NCBI GenBank assembly: GCA_044226655.1
Contig: JBGAGO010000004.1
Span: forward strand, 16,644 to 80,643
Source: Caulobacterales bacterium
GTDB taxonomy: Bacteria > Pseudomonadota > Alphaproteobacteria > Caulobacterales > Aquidulcibacteraceae
Length of the DNA stretch: 64,000 bases
Direction: 5' to 3'
Shown: one piece after another, positions 16,554 to 26,607 of the stretch
Numbering within the stretch: position 1 is the stretch's first letter
How the letters are laid out: every line of letters begins with the position of its first letter
Program-made: the position numbers and the translations under genes
Notes under the pieces: generated by a model
Databases searched by the model: none
What the model saw: the letters and a program-made list of their open reading frames with translations, nothing else
Told to the model about the DNA's origin: nothing

Positions 16554-17318
16554 TCAAGCGTCCGCGATTAAACGATCGGGCGCGGCGGGCAGGACGCGTT
16601 CGCGTCCGATCATCAAGGCCAGCGCGCCGCCGGGAAACACGGGGCGAAAGGCGGCGTCGCAAATATTGAGCCCGCCCGCATAGGCGCCGTAGGCGGGCAT
16701 CACGAGCCGCGCGCCATCGGTCGCGAAGCAGCGCGCGCGCACAGCGCGGCCGGCGGCGGCGACCTTGGCGCAGGGATGCAAATGGCCGGCGATTTCGCCG
16801 GAGGGCGCGCCGGGCGATGGCTCGTGGCGAAGCGTCAGCCCATCGATGGAGATTTCATCGTGCGCCGTCCCGCCGAGCGCGGCGGGAATTTCCGGATCGT
16901 GATTGCCTTCGATCCAGATCCATTCTGCGGCGCCGACCAGCGTCTTGAGCATCGCGCGGTCTTCGCCATCCATGCGCGCAGGGCCGCCGAGATCGTGGAA
17001 ACTGTCGCCGAGCGAGACGACGCGCGCCGGCGCGAGCCGCGCCATGGCGGCCTCCAGCTTCGCAAGCGTCGCGCGCGTATCATAGGGCGGCAGAAGCTGC
17101 CCGCTCTTGGCGTAGGACGAGCCTTTTTCGAGGTGAAGATCCGAGACGATCAGCGTGCGGCTTTGCGCCAGCCAGAGCCCGCCGCAGGGCTGCGCCGCCA
17201 CCGGCACGCCCGCAATGCGCAAACACGCCGCCGCGCCGTCGAGCGACACCAAGGGCGGAGCGCGCAGGCGCGGCCGCCGAGACACGGCCCTCTTCTGGAC
17301 GCCGGACAACAAGGACAT
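16554..17318 (-). CDS. pdeM: ligase-associated DNA damage response endonuclease/phosphoesterase PdeM
   Basis: Metallophosphoesterase motifs (VSDLHLEKG, SLGDSFHD, EGNHD, GHLHP). It lies directly downstream of the Lhr-type helicase. Confidence 0.85.
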   Translation of the reverse strand: MSLLSGVQKRAVSRRPRLRAPPLVSLDGAAACLRIAGVPVAAQPCGGLWLAQSRTLIVSDLHLEKGSSYAKSGQLLPPYDTRATLAKLEAAMARLAPARVVSLGDSFHDLGGPARMDGEDRAMLKTLVGAAEWIWIEGNHDPEIPAALGGTAHDEISIDGLTLRHEPSPGAPSGEIAGHLHPCAKVAAAGRAVRARCFATDGARLVMPAYGAYAGGLNICDAAFRPVFPGGALALMIGRERVLPAAPDRLIADA

Positions 17319-17389
17319 GCCCCATCCTAGGGCCGATTCGGGCGGAGGCGAGTCAGCAGCCAGCCGTTACAAATCGGAAAGCTGATCGC

Positions 17390-19972
17390 TCAGGTGGGCG
17401 AGCGCCGCCGCGGCGCGGCGCGCTGCGGCTTGGCTGCGGCCGGCTGAAAGACCAGCGGCGCGGCTTGGCTCTCGGAACCATCGACGTGTCTTTCGCCCGC
17501 CGCCTCCGCGATCAATCCCGAAGCCGCGTCCGCCAGCACGGCTTCATCGGCGGCGCCAAAAATCGGCTCGCGGCCGATCTCCAGCATGAGCGGTACGGCG
17601 AATGGCGAAATCACGCCGAGCGCCGCATGCGTGAGCTTGCCCTGCACGCGCCGCAACAGCGCGCCGAGGCGGTGAATATCGAGAAAGCCCGAGCCCGCAT
17701 CCGCAAAGGCGGCTTCGAGCAGAATGTGATCGGGTTCGTGCGCGCGCAGCACATCGTAGATGAGATCGGCCGAGAACGTGACCTGACGGCCGGTCTTCGC
17801 CGCATAGCCCGGCGCTTTGCGTTCGATCATGCCGGCGATCACCGCGCAGGTGCGGAACATGCGCTTCATCAGCGCGCTTTCGGCGAGCCAAGCGTCGAGA
17901 TCGTCGCCCAGCATGTCCTCATCGAACAGCGCAGCCAGATCCAGATCGTCCATCGGCTCCATCGCCCAGATCGAAAGCGCATATTCGCTGGCGACGAAGC
18001 CCATCGGCTTCTTGCCCGCGCGTTCGAGCCGGCGCGTCAGCAACATGCCGAGCGTCTGATGCGCGAGCCGGCCTTCAAACGGATAGCACACGAGATAGTG
18101 CCGCCCGCCGCGCGGAAAGGTCTCGATCAGCAGATGATCGGGCGCGGGGATGAGCGAATGATCGCGCTGCAGCTCCAGCCATTCGCGCACTTGATCAGGC
18201 AGCGCAGCCCATTCGGCGGGATCGTGGATCAGCCGGCGCACGCGCTCGGCCAGATAGGTCGAGAGCGGAAATTTGCCGCCGGCGTAGCTCGGGATGCGCG
18301 GCGCTTCATCACCCTGTGCGCGCGAGACGAGGACATCGGATTCGCGGATGCCTTCGAGGCGCAGAATCTGGCCGGCGAACAGGAAGGTATCGCCCGGGCT
18401 CATGCCTTCGATGAACCATTCCTCGATCTGGCCGAGCTTCCTCCCCGCCACCACGGGCCCGGTGCGCGCGCCGTCATTGCGCCGATCGGCGCGGCGCGAG
18501 GCGTAGACCACGTTGAGCATTTCCATCTCGACGATGGCGCCGACATTCATGCGGTGCTGCTGCGCGATCATCGGCGTGCGCGCGCGCCATCTTCCCGTCT
18601 TCGGGTCTTCGACGATGCGGTGATAGCGGTCATAGACTTTGAGCGCGTAGCCGCCGGTCGCCACCACATCCATGGCGCGGTCGAATTGCGCGCGGGTGAT
18701 ACCGGCGTACGGCGCCGTCCCCGCCACCTCTTCGTAGAGCTCATCGGCGTCGAACGGTTCGCCGCAGGCGCAGCCCATGATGTGCTGGGCCAGGCAATCG
18801 AGCCCGCCTTCACGCGAAGAGGCGCCGTCGAGCGCGCCTTCGCTCACGGCTTCCTGCGCCGCGCGACATTCCAGCACCTCGAAGCGATTGCCGGGCGCCA
18901 GCAGCGCGCGCGATGGCTCGTCGAGCCGGTGATTGGCGCGCCCGATGCGCTGCACGAGACGCGCGCAGCCCTTCGGCGCGCCCATCTGCACGACCAGATC
19001 GACATCGCCCCAATCGATGCCGAGATCGAGCGTCGAGGTGCACACCACGGCGCGCAGCCCGCCCTGCGCCATCGCGGCTTCGACCTTGCGGCGCTGGCCG
19101 ACATCGAGCGAGCCATGGTGCAGCGCGATCGGCAGATTGTTGTCGTTGATGCGCCAGAGCTCCTGAAAGGTCAGCTCCGCCTGCGCGCGCGTGTTGACGA
19201 AGACGAGCGTGAGATTGGCCCGTTCGATCGCCTCATAGACCTCGCGCATATTGTGGCGCCCGGTATGGCCGGCCCAGGGGATGCGCTCGCGCGAATCCAG
19301 CACCTCGATGATCGGCGGCGCCCCCGGCGGCGCGGTGATGATGTCGCCCTCTGCATCCGCGCCCATCAGCCAGCGCGCCAGTTCCGGCGGATCGGCGACG
19401 GTGGCGCTGAGGCCGACGCGGCGATGCGCCGGCGCCCAGCGGCGCAGACGCGCCAGCGCAAGCGCCAGCAGATCGCCGCGCTTGGTCGGCGCCAGAGCAT
19501 GCGCCTCATCGATGATCACGCAGCGCAGATCCTCGAAGAACACGCGCGCATGTTCGGAGGCGATCAGCAGGCAGAGCTGTTCAGGCGTGGTGAGCAGAAT
19601 GTCAGGCGGATGGGCGCGTTGGCGGGCGCGCTTGGAGGGCGGCGTATCGCCGGTGCGCGTCTCGATGCGCAGGCCGAGCTCCATCTCGCGCGCGGGGATT
19701 TCGAGATTGCGCGCGATATCCGTCGTCAGCGCCTTCAACGGCGAAATGTAGAGCGTGTGCAGCCGGTGGGGCCGCTGGGCGCGGCCGGAGACGCGCTGGT
19801 GCAGATCGATCAGGCTCGGCAGAAACCCGGCCAGCGTCTTGCCCGCGCCGGTCGGCGCGATCAGCAGCGCCGAGCGCCCGGCTTCGGCGGCCGCCAGCAG
19901 GTCCAGCTGGTGGGCGCGCGGCGCCCAGCCGCGCCGCGCGAACCAATCGGCGAAAGGGGCCGGCAAGCTCAT
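17390..19972 (-). CDS. ligase-associated DNA damage response DEXH-box helicase (Lhr-core type)
   Basis: Walker A (APTGAGKT), DEAH box (IIDEAH), SAT motif, helicase C motifs (QRIGRANH) and the Lhr C-terminal domain. 860 aa. Confidence 0.9.
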   Translation of the reverse strand: MSLPAPFADWFARRGWAPRAHQLDLLAAAEAGRSALLIAPTGAGKTLAGFLPSLIDLHQRVSGRAQRPHRLHTLYISPLKALTTDIARNLEIPAREMELGLRIETRTGDTPPSKRARQRAHPPDILLTTPEQLCLLIASEHARVFFEDLRCVIIDEAHALAPTKRGDLLALALARLRRWAPAHRRVGLSATVADPPELARWLMGADAEGDIITAPPGAPPIIEVLDSRERIPWAGHTGRHNMREVYEAIERANLTLVFVNTRAQAELTFQELWRINDNNLPIALHHGSLDVGQRRKVEAAMAQGGLRAVVCTSTLDLGIDWGDVDLVVQMGAPKGCARLVQRIGRANHRLDEPSRALLAPGNRFEVLECRAAQEAVSEGALDGASSREGGLDCLAQHIMGCACGEPFDADELYEEVAGTAPYAGITRAQFDRAMDVVATGGYALKVYDRYHRIVEDPKTGRWRARTPMIAQQHRMNVGAIVEMEMLNVVYASRRADRRNDGARTGPVVAGRKLGQIEEWFIEGMSPGDTFLFAGQILRLEGIRESDVLVSRAQGDEAPRIPSYAGGKFPLSTYLAERVRRLIHDPAEWAALPDQVREWLELQRDHSLIPAPDHLLIETFPRGGRHYLVCYPFEGRLAHQTLGMLLTRRLERAGKKPMGFVASEYALSIWAMEPMDDLDLAALFDEDMLGDDLDAWLAESALMKRMFRTCAVIAGMIERKAPGYAAKTGRQVTFSADLIYDVLRAHEPDHILLEAAFADAGSGFLDIHRLGALLRRVQGKLTHAALGVISPFAVPLMLEIGREPIFGAADEAVLADAASGLIAEAAGERHVDGSESQAAPLVFQPAAAKPQRAAPRRRSPT

Positions 19973-20082
19973 GAGGCTGGAAATATAGCGCGCGGCGGGC
20001 GTGCTTGCTAAGCCGGTTCACCCTAGGCTGTTTGGACTTAGGCGTCCCATTTCCGCCATGCGGGAGACTGACCTTGCGCACG

Positions 20083-20757
20083 ATGCGTGTCCTCGCCGTC
20101 ATCCTGGCCGCCCTGCTCGCGCCTGCACTGGCGTTTGCGCAGACCGGGCTGCCGAGCCTCTTGGCCGCCGCCATCGCGCAGACAATCGCGGCGCAGGCGC
20201 CTTACGCCTATGAAGTGACGGTCGAAAGCCAGCGCGGCGCGCTGCATTACGCGTTCGATCCGGCCCAGCGCGGGCCGGCGCGCGTGCGCATGATCGCGCC
20301 GGCGGAAAGCGCGCTGGACGATCGCGGCCGGCGCACGCTGCAGCGGGTCCGCGAGGATGCGGACGGCGATATCTGGTGCGCCAGCGCCAAGCTGCGCCAA
20401 AGCCGCAATCTCGCCATCGCGCGCGAAGACGCGCAGACCATCACCTACAGCTTCACGCCCTCGCCCGAACAAGCCGGCGGCCCGCAGGGCGCAGCTTTTG
20501 TCCGCTATCTGCGCGGCGAAGCCACGGTGCAGCGCGATACGCCGGACGTGACGCTGATCCGCATCAGCGCCGCGCAGCCCTTCCATGCCTCGATCGCGCG
20601 CGTCGACCGCTTCAACATGACGATCCGCTGCGAGCCGGGCCCGAACGGGCGGCGCTTTGCGGCGGAAACCGTGACGGAGATCAGCGGCTCGGCGCTGACC
20701 CAAAGATTCAACGAACGCTCCGTGCAGCGCGTCCACCATCTGGCGGCGCGCGGCTAG
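20083..20757 (+). CDS. hypothetical secreted protein
   Basis: MRVLAVILAALLAPALAFAQ signal peptide at the internal ATG. No family recognised. Confidence 0.5.
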   Translation: MRVLAVILAALLAPALAFAQTGLPSLLAAAIAQTIAAQAPYAYEVTVESQRGALHYAFDPAQRGPARVRMIAPAESALDDRGRRTLQRVREDADGDIWCASAKLRQSRNLAIAREDAQTITYSFTPSPEQAGGPQGAAFVRYLRGEATVQRDTPDVTLIRISAAQPFHASIARVDRFNMTIRCEPGPNGRRFAAETVTEISGSALTQRFNERSVQRVHHLAARG

Positions 20758-20761
20758 GCTT

Positions 20762-21472
20762 ATGTACCGCACGCTCGACGCCGCCAAGATCATCGAAACC
20801 CTGCGCCGCCTGGAAGCGCGCATCGACGAACGCTTTCCGAATTCCGGCCTATCGAACGTGGCCAAGGAAGCGACGCAGACGGCGCAGGCGACGGCCGCGC
20901 GCGCCGCGGAGATCGCCAAGCCCAATCTCCTGCTTCGCGCCGGCGTAGGCGCGCTCATCGTCGCGGGATTGGCGGCGCAGATCGTCGCCGCCAATTTCCT
21001 GCACGTCGAGGGCGGACCACTCGATGCGGTGGGCCTGGTTCAAGGGCTCGAAGCGGCGGTCAATCTGCTGATCCTGTTCGGCGGTGGAATCTGGTTTCTG
21101 CTCACGCTCGAAGAGCGCATGAAGCGGCGCCGCGTGCTGGAAGCGCTGCACGAATTGCGCGCCCTGGCGCATGTCATCGACATGCATCAGCTGACCAAGG
21201 ACCCAACCATCGTGCTCAATCCGCATCTGCGCACGCAGGCTTCGCCAGCGCGGCAGATGAGCGAGTTCGAATTGGCGCGCTATCTGGATTATTGCGCGGA
21301 GATGCTGGCGCTGCTCGGCAAACTCGCGGCGCTCTACGCCGAAAGCGTGCGCGATCCGGCCATCGTGGACGCGGTGAACGACGTCGAATCGCTGACCGGC
21401 AATCTCGGCCGCAAGATCTGGCAGAAGATCATGATCATCAGTCAACTCGACGAACGGCGCGCCGGCGCCTAA
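20762..21472 (+). CDS. hypothetical membrane protein
   Basis: Coding-like ORF with two central hydrophobic segments (LLLRAGVGALIVAGLAAQIVA, AVNLLILFGGGIWFLL). Confidence 0.5.
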   Translation: MYRTLDAAKIIETLRRLEARIDERFPNSGLSNVAKEATQTAQATAARAAEIAKPNLLLRAGVGALIVAGLAAQIVAANFLHVEGGPLDAVGLVQGLEAAVNLLILFGGGIWFLLTLEERMKRRRVLEALHELRALAHVIDMHQLTKDPTIVLNPHLRTQASPARQMSEFELARYLDYCAEMLALLGKLAALYAESVRDPAIVDAVNDVESLTGNLGRKIWQKIMIISQLDERRAGA

Positions 21473-21481
21473 AGAGCCGCC

Positions 21482-22291
21482 ATGCATCCCGAATTGGAAG
21501 CCTTCTGGACCCGCTATGGGGAGCGGCTCGTGGCGGCCGGCCTCAATCTGGTCGCGGCCGCGCTCATTCTCATCGTCGGCCTCTGGATCGCGGCCTGGGC
21601 GGGCCGCGCCGTGCGCCGGCTCGCCAAGCGCAATCCGCGCATCGATGAAACGCTGGCGGCGTTCTTCGCCTGGCTGGTGCGCTATGGGCTGACGGCGGTC
21701 GTGCTGATCGCGGTGCTGCATCGGTTTGGCGTGGAGACGACCTCCGTGGTCGCGCTCTTCGGCGCGGCGGCGCTGGCGATCGGGCTGGCGCTGCAGGGCA
21801 CGCTGTCGAACGTCGCGGCCGGCGTGATGCTGATCCTGTTCCGGCCTTATCGGATCGGCGATTCCGTCGAACTCAACGCGCGCGGCGGGGTCGTGACCGA
21901 TTTCAATCTCTTCGTCACCGAACTCGCCTCGCCCGATCAGGCCCGCATCGTGCTGCCCAATGCGCAATGCTGGGGCGCGCCGATCATCAATTACACGGCC
22001 TTCGCCAACCGCCGCGTCGATCTCGACTTCTCCCTACCCGCCGCCACGCCCGCCGCCGAGGCCGTCGACATCGCGCTTGCGGCGTTCAAGAGCGAGCCGC
22101 GCATTCAAGACGCGCCCGAGCCCGTGGTCGTCATCAAGGCGATCGAGTTCGACAAGACAATTTTAACCGCGCAGGGCTGGGCGGCGGCCGGAGAATATGT
22201 GGCGGTCCGGCAAACGCTGATGAAGAAGATCAAGCTGGCGCTCGACGCCGCGCGGGCGCGGGCCGCATCTTCATCCTCCGCTAAGCAATAA
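21482..22291 (+). CDS. small-conductance mechanosensitive channel (MscS family)
   Basis: Three TM segments followed by the MscS signature (GAAALAIGLALQGTLSNVAAGVMLILFRPYRIGDSVE). Confidence 0.85.
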   Translation: MHPELEAFWTRYGERLVAAGLNLVAAALILIVGLWIAAWAGRAVRRLAKRNPRIDETLAAFFAWLVRYGLTAVVLIAVLHRFGVETTSVVALFGAAALAIGLALQGTLSNVAAGVMLILFRPYRIGDSVELNARGGVVTDFNLFVTELASPDQARIVLPNAQCWGAPIINYTAFANRRVDLDFSLPAATPAAEAVDIALAAFKSEPRIQDAPEPVVVIKAIEFDKTILTAQGWAAAGEYVAVRQTLMKKIKLALDAARARAASSSSAKQ

Positions 22292-22364
22292 TAGAGCGCG
22301 CATTTCAGCGTTTTCTAAGCATTCCGGGTTACCGTGCGCGCTCGAGGGGAGCTGCGCGTCATTC

Positions 22365-23243
22365 ATGTCCGACATCTTCGATCCATCGAAGTTGAGCGCG
22401 CTTGTCGTGGACGACAATCATTATGAGCGCGGCATTACCGTCGACATGCTGCGCGCGATCGGCGTGGGCCGGGTCCATCAGGCCGCCCACGGCGCCGACG
22501 CCTGGGATTTGCTTCAACAGAGCGCACCCGATTGCGTGTTCACCGATTGGCTGGCGCCGCCGATGGAAGCGACGGATTTGCTGCGCCGCGTGCGGCTCAG
22601 CGAAGACAGCGTCAATCGCGGCGTGCCGATCTTCCTGCTGACGCACCGCAGCGCCCGCGCGGATGTGGAAGGCGCGCGCCGCGCCGGCGCCGACGCCTAT
22701 CTGCGCAAGCCGCTCTCCGCGCTGATCATCCAGCAACGGCTCAAGGCCGTGATGACCAATCCCCAGCCCTTCATCGTCACCGCGACCTATGTCGGCCCCT
22801 GCCGGCGGCGCCATGACAGCGAATTCTATTTCGGCCCGCGCCGCCGCCTGAACGATCAGATCGAGGAAGCCGTCGCGGCCGACGACGATGACGTGAAGGC
22901 CGGGCTGGCCAGAGCGCGCATCGCGCATCTGGAAACCCAGGCGCTCAATTTCGTGCAGCATGACGTGAACAGCGCGCGGCGCGTGTTCCAGGCCGCGCGC
23001 GAATTGAAGGACGTCGCGACGCAGATTTCCGATGGCCCGCTGACGCTCGCGGCCGTCGAACTGGTGCGCTATCTGGAGACGATGGGCGCGGCCGCACTCG
23101 ACATCGAAGCGCTGCGCACGCATATCGCCGCGCTCCATCAATTGGCGCATCTGCCCAACGCCATGGGCGCCGAACGTCAGCGCGTGGCGCAGAGCCTCAC
23201 GCGCATGGTCGACAAGAAGATTCGGCAGGCGACTGCGGCTTAG
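22365..23243 (+). CDS. response regulator with uncharacterised C-terminal helical domain
   Basis: Canonical receiver residues: VVDDN, the phospho-acceptor Asp in VFTDWLAPPMEA, LLTHRS and LRKPL. The C-terminal ~150 aa are unassigned. Confidence 0.8.
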   Translation: MSDIFDPSKLSALVVDDNHYERGITVDMLRAIGVGRVHQAAHGADAWDLLQQSAPDCVFTDWLAPPMEATDLLRRVRLSEDSVNRGVPIFLLTHRSARADVEGARRAGADAYLRKPLSALIIQQRLKAVMTNPQPFIVTATYVGPCRRRHDSEFYFGPRRRLNDQIEEAVAADDDDVKAGLARARIAHLETQALNFVQHDVNSARRVFQAARELKDVATQISDGPLTLAAVELVRYLETMGAAALDIEALRTHIAALHQLAHLPNAMGAERQRVAQSLTRMVDKKIRQATAA

Positions 23244-24211
23244 GGCGTCACGACGACCTTGCCGATCACGCGGCGCGTTTCCAGCATGGCCAACGCCTCG
23301 CGCGTCTTCTCCAACGGAAATTCGGCATGCACGTGCGGGCGCAGCTTGCCCTCGGCCGCGAGTGTGCGCACAGCGGCCATGTTCTCGCGCCCGCGCTCGG
23401 GAAAGCGGCGGCCATATTCGCCCGCGCGCACGCCCATCACCGAGAAGCCTTTGATCAGCGGCATGTTCACGCTGATGCTCGGGATGCGCCCGCTGGTGAA
23501 GCCGATGATGAGCAGCCGCCCATCGAAGGCGATGCAACGCACGCTTTCATCGAACACGTCGCCGCCGACCGGATCGAAGATCACATCCGCGCCGCGCCCT
23601 TCGGTGAAATCCTTCACCGCTTCGCGAAAGCCGGAAGACGGCAGCACGTGATCGGCGCCATAGTCCTTGAGGAAGGCGCGCTTTTCTTCGCTGGAGGCCG
23701 TCGCGATCACCTGCGCGCCCATCTGCTTGCCGAGATCGACGGCGGCGATGCCGGTGCCGCCGGCCGCGCCGTGCACCAGCAGCGTCTCGCCCTTCAGCAG
23801 ATTGGCGCGGCGCACCAGCGCGACATAGGCGGTGAGATAGATCGTCGGGTAGGAAGCGGCCTGCGCGTAGCTCATCGGCGCGGGCTTGGCCGAGAGCGCG
23901 AGCGCGTTGGCCACGGCGTATTCCGCGAACCCGCCGGTGCGCGAGCCGCCGACCACGGCATCGCCCAGCTTCCAATTGGTCACGCCTTCGCCCAGCGCGG
24001 CGATATCGCCCGAAAGGTCCATGCCCGGCGTGAACGGCAGCGGCGGCTTGTGCTGATATTTGCCCTGCCCCATCAGCACGTCGGGAAAGTTCACGCTCGA
24101 CGCGCGCACGCGGATCAGCACCTCGCCGGCCCCCGGCGCGGGCGTGGGAACCTCCTTGACGGATGCGCCCGACAAATCCTCCGTGATCTCGGAGACGACG
24201 AACGCTTTCAT
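23240..24211 (-). CDS. NADPH:quinone oxidoreductase (zinc-type ADH/MDR superfamily)
   Basis: MKAFVV...GEVLIRVRASSVNFPDVL and GAAGGTGIAAVDLGK Rossmann motif. The start overlaps the upstream esterase stop (ATGA). Confidence 0.85.
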   Translation of the reverse strand: MKAFVVSEITEDLSGASVKEVPTPAPGAGEVLIRVRASSVNFPDVLMGQGKYQHKPPLPFTPGMDLSGDIAALGEGVTNWKLGDAVVGGSRTGGFAEYAVANALALSAKPAPMSYAQAASYPTIYLTAYVALVRRANLLKGETLLVHGAAGGTGIAAVDLGKQMGAQVIATASSEEKRAFLKDYGADHVLPSSGFREAVKDFTEGRGADVIFDPVGGDVFDESVRCIAFDGRLLIIGFTSGRIPSISVNMPLIKGFSVMGVRAGEYGRRFPERGRENMAAVRTLAAEGKLRPHVHAEFPLEKTREALAMLETRRVIGKVVVTP

Positions 24212-25182
24212 CAGCGCGCCTCCCGCAGCGCGCGGTTCGTCTCCTCGGCGATCTTGCGGCAGGCGGCGTCGGCGGCCGGCACGGCGCCCATGAACGCGGT
24301 GAAGGCGTGCGCGAGCGCGTCGAAACATTCATACGTCACCGCCACGCCTGCGCCGCGGAGGCGTTCGGCGTAAGCGATTCCCTCGTCGAGCAGCGGATCG
24401 AAGCCTGCCGCATAGATCAGCGCGCGCGGCAGCCCGCTCACATCCTTGGCGGCGAGCGGCGACAGGCGCGGATCGTTCTTCGCGTCATCGCCAGGGTTGA
24501 GATAATTGGCCATGAAGAAGGCCATGGTCGCGGCCGAGAGCGGAAACGCTTCGGCGTAGGTGCTCATCGACGGATAAGTGCTGGCGATATCGAGCGCGGG
24601 ATAGATGAGCAGCTGCAGCACCGGCGCGGGCCCGCCTGTGCGCTTCATCTCCTGCGCCACGATCGCCGAGAAATTTCCGCCCATGCTGTCGCCGCCGACC
24701 GCGGCCTTGTTCGCCGCCGCGCCGAATCTGGCCGCGTTCGCGGCGCCCCAGGTGAAGGCGTCGATCGCGTCATCGAGGCCAGCGGGAAAACGATGCTCCG
24801 GCGCCAGGCGATATTCGATGCTAAGCACCGCGGTTTCGCAAATCTTCGCCAACAGCGTGCAGAACACATGGCAGGTCTCGATCGAGCCGATGACGCCGCC
24901 GCCGAAATGGTAGAACACCAAGAGCGGCTGGGCGGGATCCTGCTTCTCCGGCTTGTAGAGGCGCGCGGGAATGGCGCGGCCCGCGGCAGGGATCGTGACG
25001 CTTTCCCAGGCGACGCCCGGCTCGGGCTGGCCGCTCAGCATCGCCATCGCGCCAGATTGCGCACGGATCGCTTCGACGCTGGGCGCCGTCGGAGGCGCGG
25101 CGGCCGCAGCCGCGCGCGCCGCCTCCATCAGAGCCTGAAACGCGGGATCGAGCGTGCGACCGCCCATCGTGAACGCCGTCAC
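24211..25182 (-). CDS. alpha/beta hydrolase, hormone-sensitive-lipase-like esterase
   Basis: Oxyanion motif (HFGGGVIGS) and nucleophile elbow (GDSMGG). Confidence 0.85.
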   Translation of the reverse strand: MTAFTMGGRTLDPAFQALMEAARAAAAAAPPTAPSVEAIRAQSGAMAMLSGQPEPGVAWESVTIPAAGRAIPARLYKPEKQDPAQPLLVFYHFGGGVIGSIETCHVFCTLLAKICETAVLSIEYRLAPEHRFPAGLDDAIDAFTWGAANAARFGAAANKAAVGGDSMGGNFSAIVAQEMKRTGGPAPVLQLLIYPALDIASTYPSMSTYAEAFPLSAATMAFFMANYLNPGDDAKNDPRLSPLAAKDVSGLPRALIYAAGFDPLLDEGIAYAERLRGAGVAVTYECFDALAHAFTAFMGAVPAADAACRKIAEETNRALREAR

Positions 25183-25216
25183 ATCGGCCTCCCTTCTTGT
25201 CTTGATCGTTTGCGGA

Positions 25217-25852
25217 TTATGGCAGACGCGGCGCGCTGACGAGCCCCGTCAGGATCAGCATGGTGACGAATTTGGCCGCCTCTTCGACGTCAGGCGCCGG
25301 ACGCGACACCATCTCATGGCCAACCTCCTGCGCGATGCCGATGCAGGCGCTGGCGAGGTAGCCGGCATCGACACGCGGCGCGAGGCCCCGCTTGATCATA
25401 TCGACGACGCCGAGCCGCACTTCCTCGTAGACGGCCAGCGTCTCGGGCGTATCGGCGCGCACATGGGGGCCGCGCTCGGGCAGCGGGCGCCCGCTCTTGG
25501 CGCGCTCCTCCACCATGAAGCGCAGATATTCAACCACCGCGCGCGACAGGTAATCCTCGAAGCTGGTCGCGGTTTCGCGCACCTGGCGCAGGATCGGCCG
25601 GAAGCGCCGCGCGCCATCGCTGGCCAGCGCCTCGAACACCTCCTCCTTCGACTTGAAGTAATTGTAGAAGGTGCCGGCCGCGAGATCGGTGCCGCGGATG
25701 ATGTCGCGCACGGTGGCGGCTTCGTAGCCCAGTTCGGCGAAGACGCGGCGCGCGGCGTCCAGGATGGCCTGTCGGTTGACCGCCTTGGCGCGTTCGCGCT
25801 TGCCTGTCGCTTCACCATGCTGCTCGGGCGCAAAGCCCGCGAGCTCCACCAT
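25217..25852 (-). CDS. TetR-family transcriptional regulator
   Basis: HTH sequence ILDAARRVFAELGYEAATVRDIIRGTDLAAGTFYNYFKSKEEVF. The start is taken at the internal ATG (25852). Confidence 0.85.
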   Translation of the reverse strand: MVELAGFAPEQHGEATGKRERAKAVNRQAILDAARRVFAELGYEAATVRDIIRGTDLAAGTFYNYFKSKEEVFEALASDGARRFRPILRQVRETATSFEDYLSRAVVEYLRFMVEERAKSGRPLPERGPHVRADTPETLAVYEEVRLGVVDMIKRGLAPRVDAGYLASACIGIAQEVGHEMVSRPAPDVEEAAKFVTMLILTGLVSAPRLP

Positions 25853-25903
25853 CGGATATCCCCTCGAAATCGTTGTTATGTTTGAGGGCATTGTCCCGAA
25901 AAA

Positions 25904-25916
25904 TGACGGGGCGTCA
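25904..25916. promoter_or_regulatory. candidate operator palindrome TGACG-GGG-CGTCA upstream of the TetR-esterase-qor operon
   Basis: A perfect 5+5 inverted repeat flanked by A/T runs (aaaaTGACGGGGCGTCAaatt), about 50 bp upstream of the TetR start. It has the same half-sites as the 9709-9722 site. Confidence 0.3.
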
Positions 25917-25925
25917 AATTCTTGA

Positions 25926-26528
25926 TCAGGTGGCGCGGCGGCCCACGGCGACGCGGCTGGCGAGGAGCGCTGCCAGGCGCTGCGATCCGCCGGCGTCGAT
26001 CTCGCCGGCGCCGCCGCGCACAATCGCCAGCAGAACCCGGTCGGGCATCAGGATCGCGAAGCCGCCATTGCTCAACCGGCAGGCGCGGCCCGGCACGCTG
26101 GGGCCCGGATCGACGGTCTTCGCGGCGGCAGTCGGCTCCGTCGGGGGCGCCTGGAGGTCCAGCTCACGGCACAGCGCCGCAAAGCGCAGCTCGGCCGTTT
26201 CGTGCGCGCGGGGGTTTAGAATGGTGGCTTCGACAACGTAATGGAGCCCGCCGACGCCGACGGCGCGCGCGCAGCGCACGCGTTCATCCTCGACGCGGTC
26301 GGACGCCATGGTGATGTAGAACGGCTGGCCGGTAATGCGCTCCGCATCGACCTCGCGCAGCAGCGTGCACGGACGGTTCGGATCCAATTGCTCGGGATCG
26401 AAGCCGTCGGCGGCGACGGGCGGACGCGCGGCCGCAGATTGTGTTGGCGGATCGCTGCGCCCGCATGCGTTCAACACCGCAAGGCATGCTGCGAGCACGA
26501 CCCATTGGACTGCCAGTTTTCCCAGCAT
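25926..26528 (-). CDS. hypothetical lipoprotein
   Basis: Lipobox (MLGKLAVQWVVLAACLAVLNAC) at the internal ATG. No family recognised. Confidence 0.5.
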   Translation of the reverse strand: MLGKLAVQWVVLAACLAVLNACGRSDPPTQSAAARPPVAADGFDPEQLDPNRPCTLLREVDAERITGQPFYITMASDRVEDERVRCARAVGVGGLHYVVEATILNPRAHETAELRFAALCRELDLQAPPTEPTAAAKTVDPGPSVPGRACRLSNGGFAILMPDRVLLAIVRGGAGEIDAGGSQRLAALLASRVAVGRRAT

Positions 26529-26607
26529 CCGACTTCCTACAAACCAGATCGTCCCCGCTGCGGACATTAGCGCGAATGGCGCGCGTTCCTACCGGAAAAT
26601 CGAGGAA

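Noticed and set aside
17465-20011. 848-aa antisense ORF opposite the Lhr helicase.
   Set aside because: The helicase frame carries all the DEXH motifs. The antisense product is Arg/Ala/His-rich junk.
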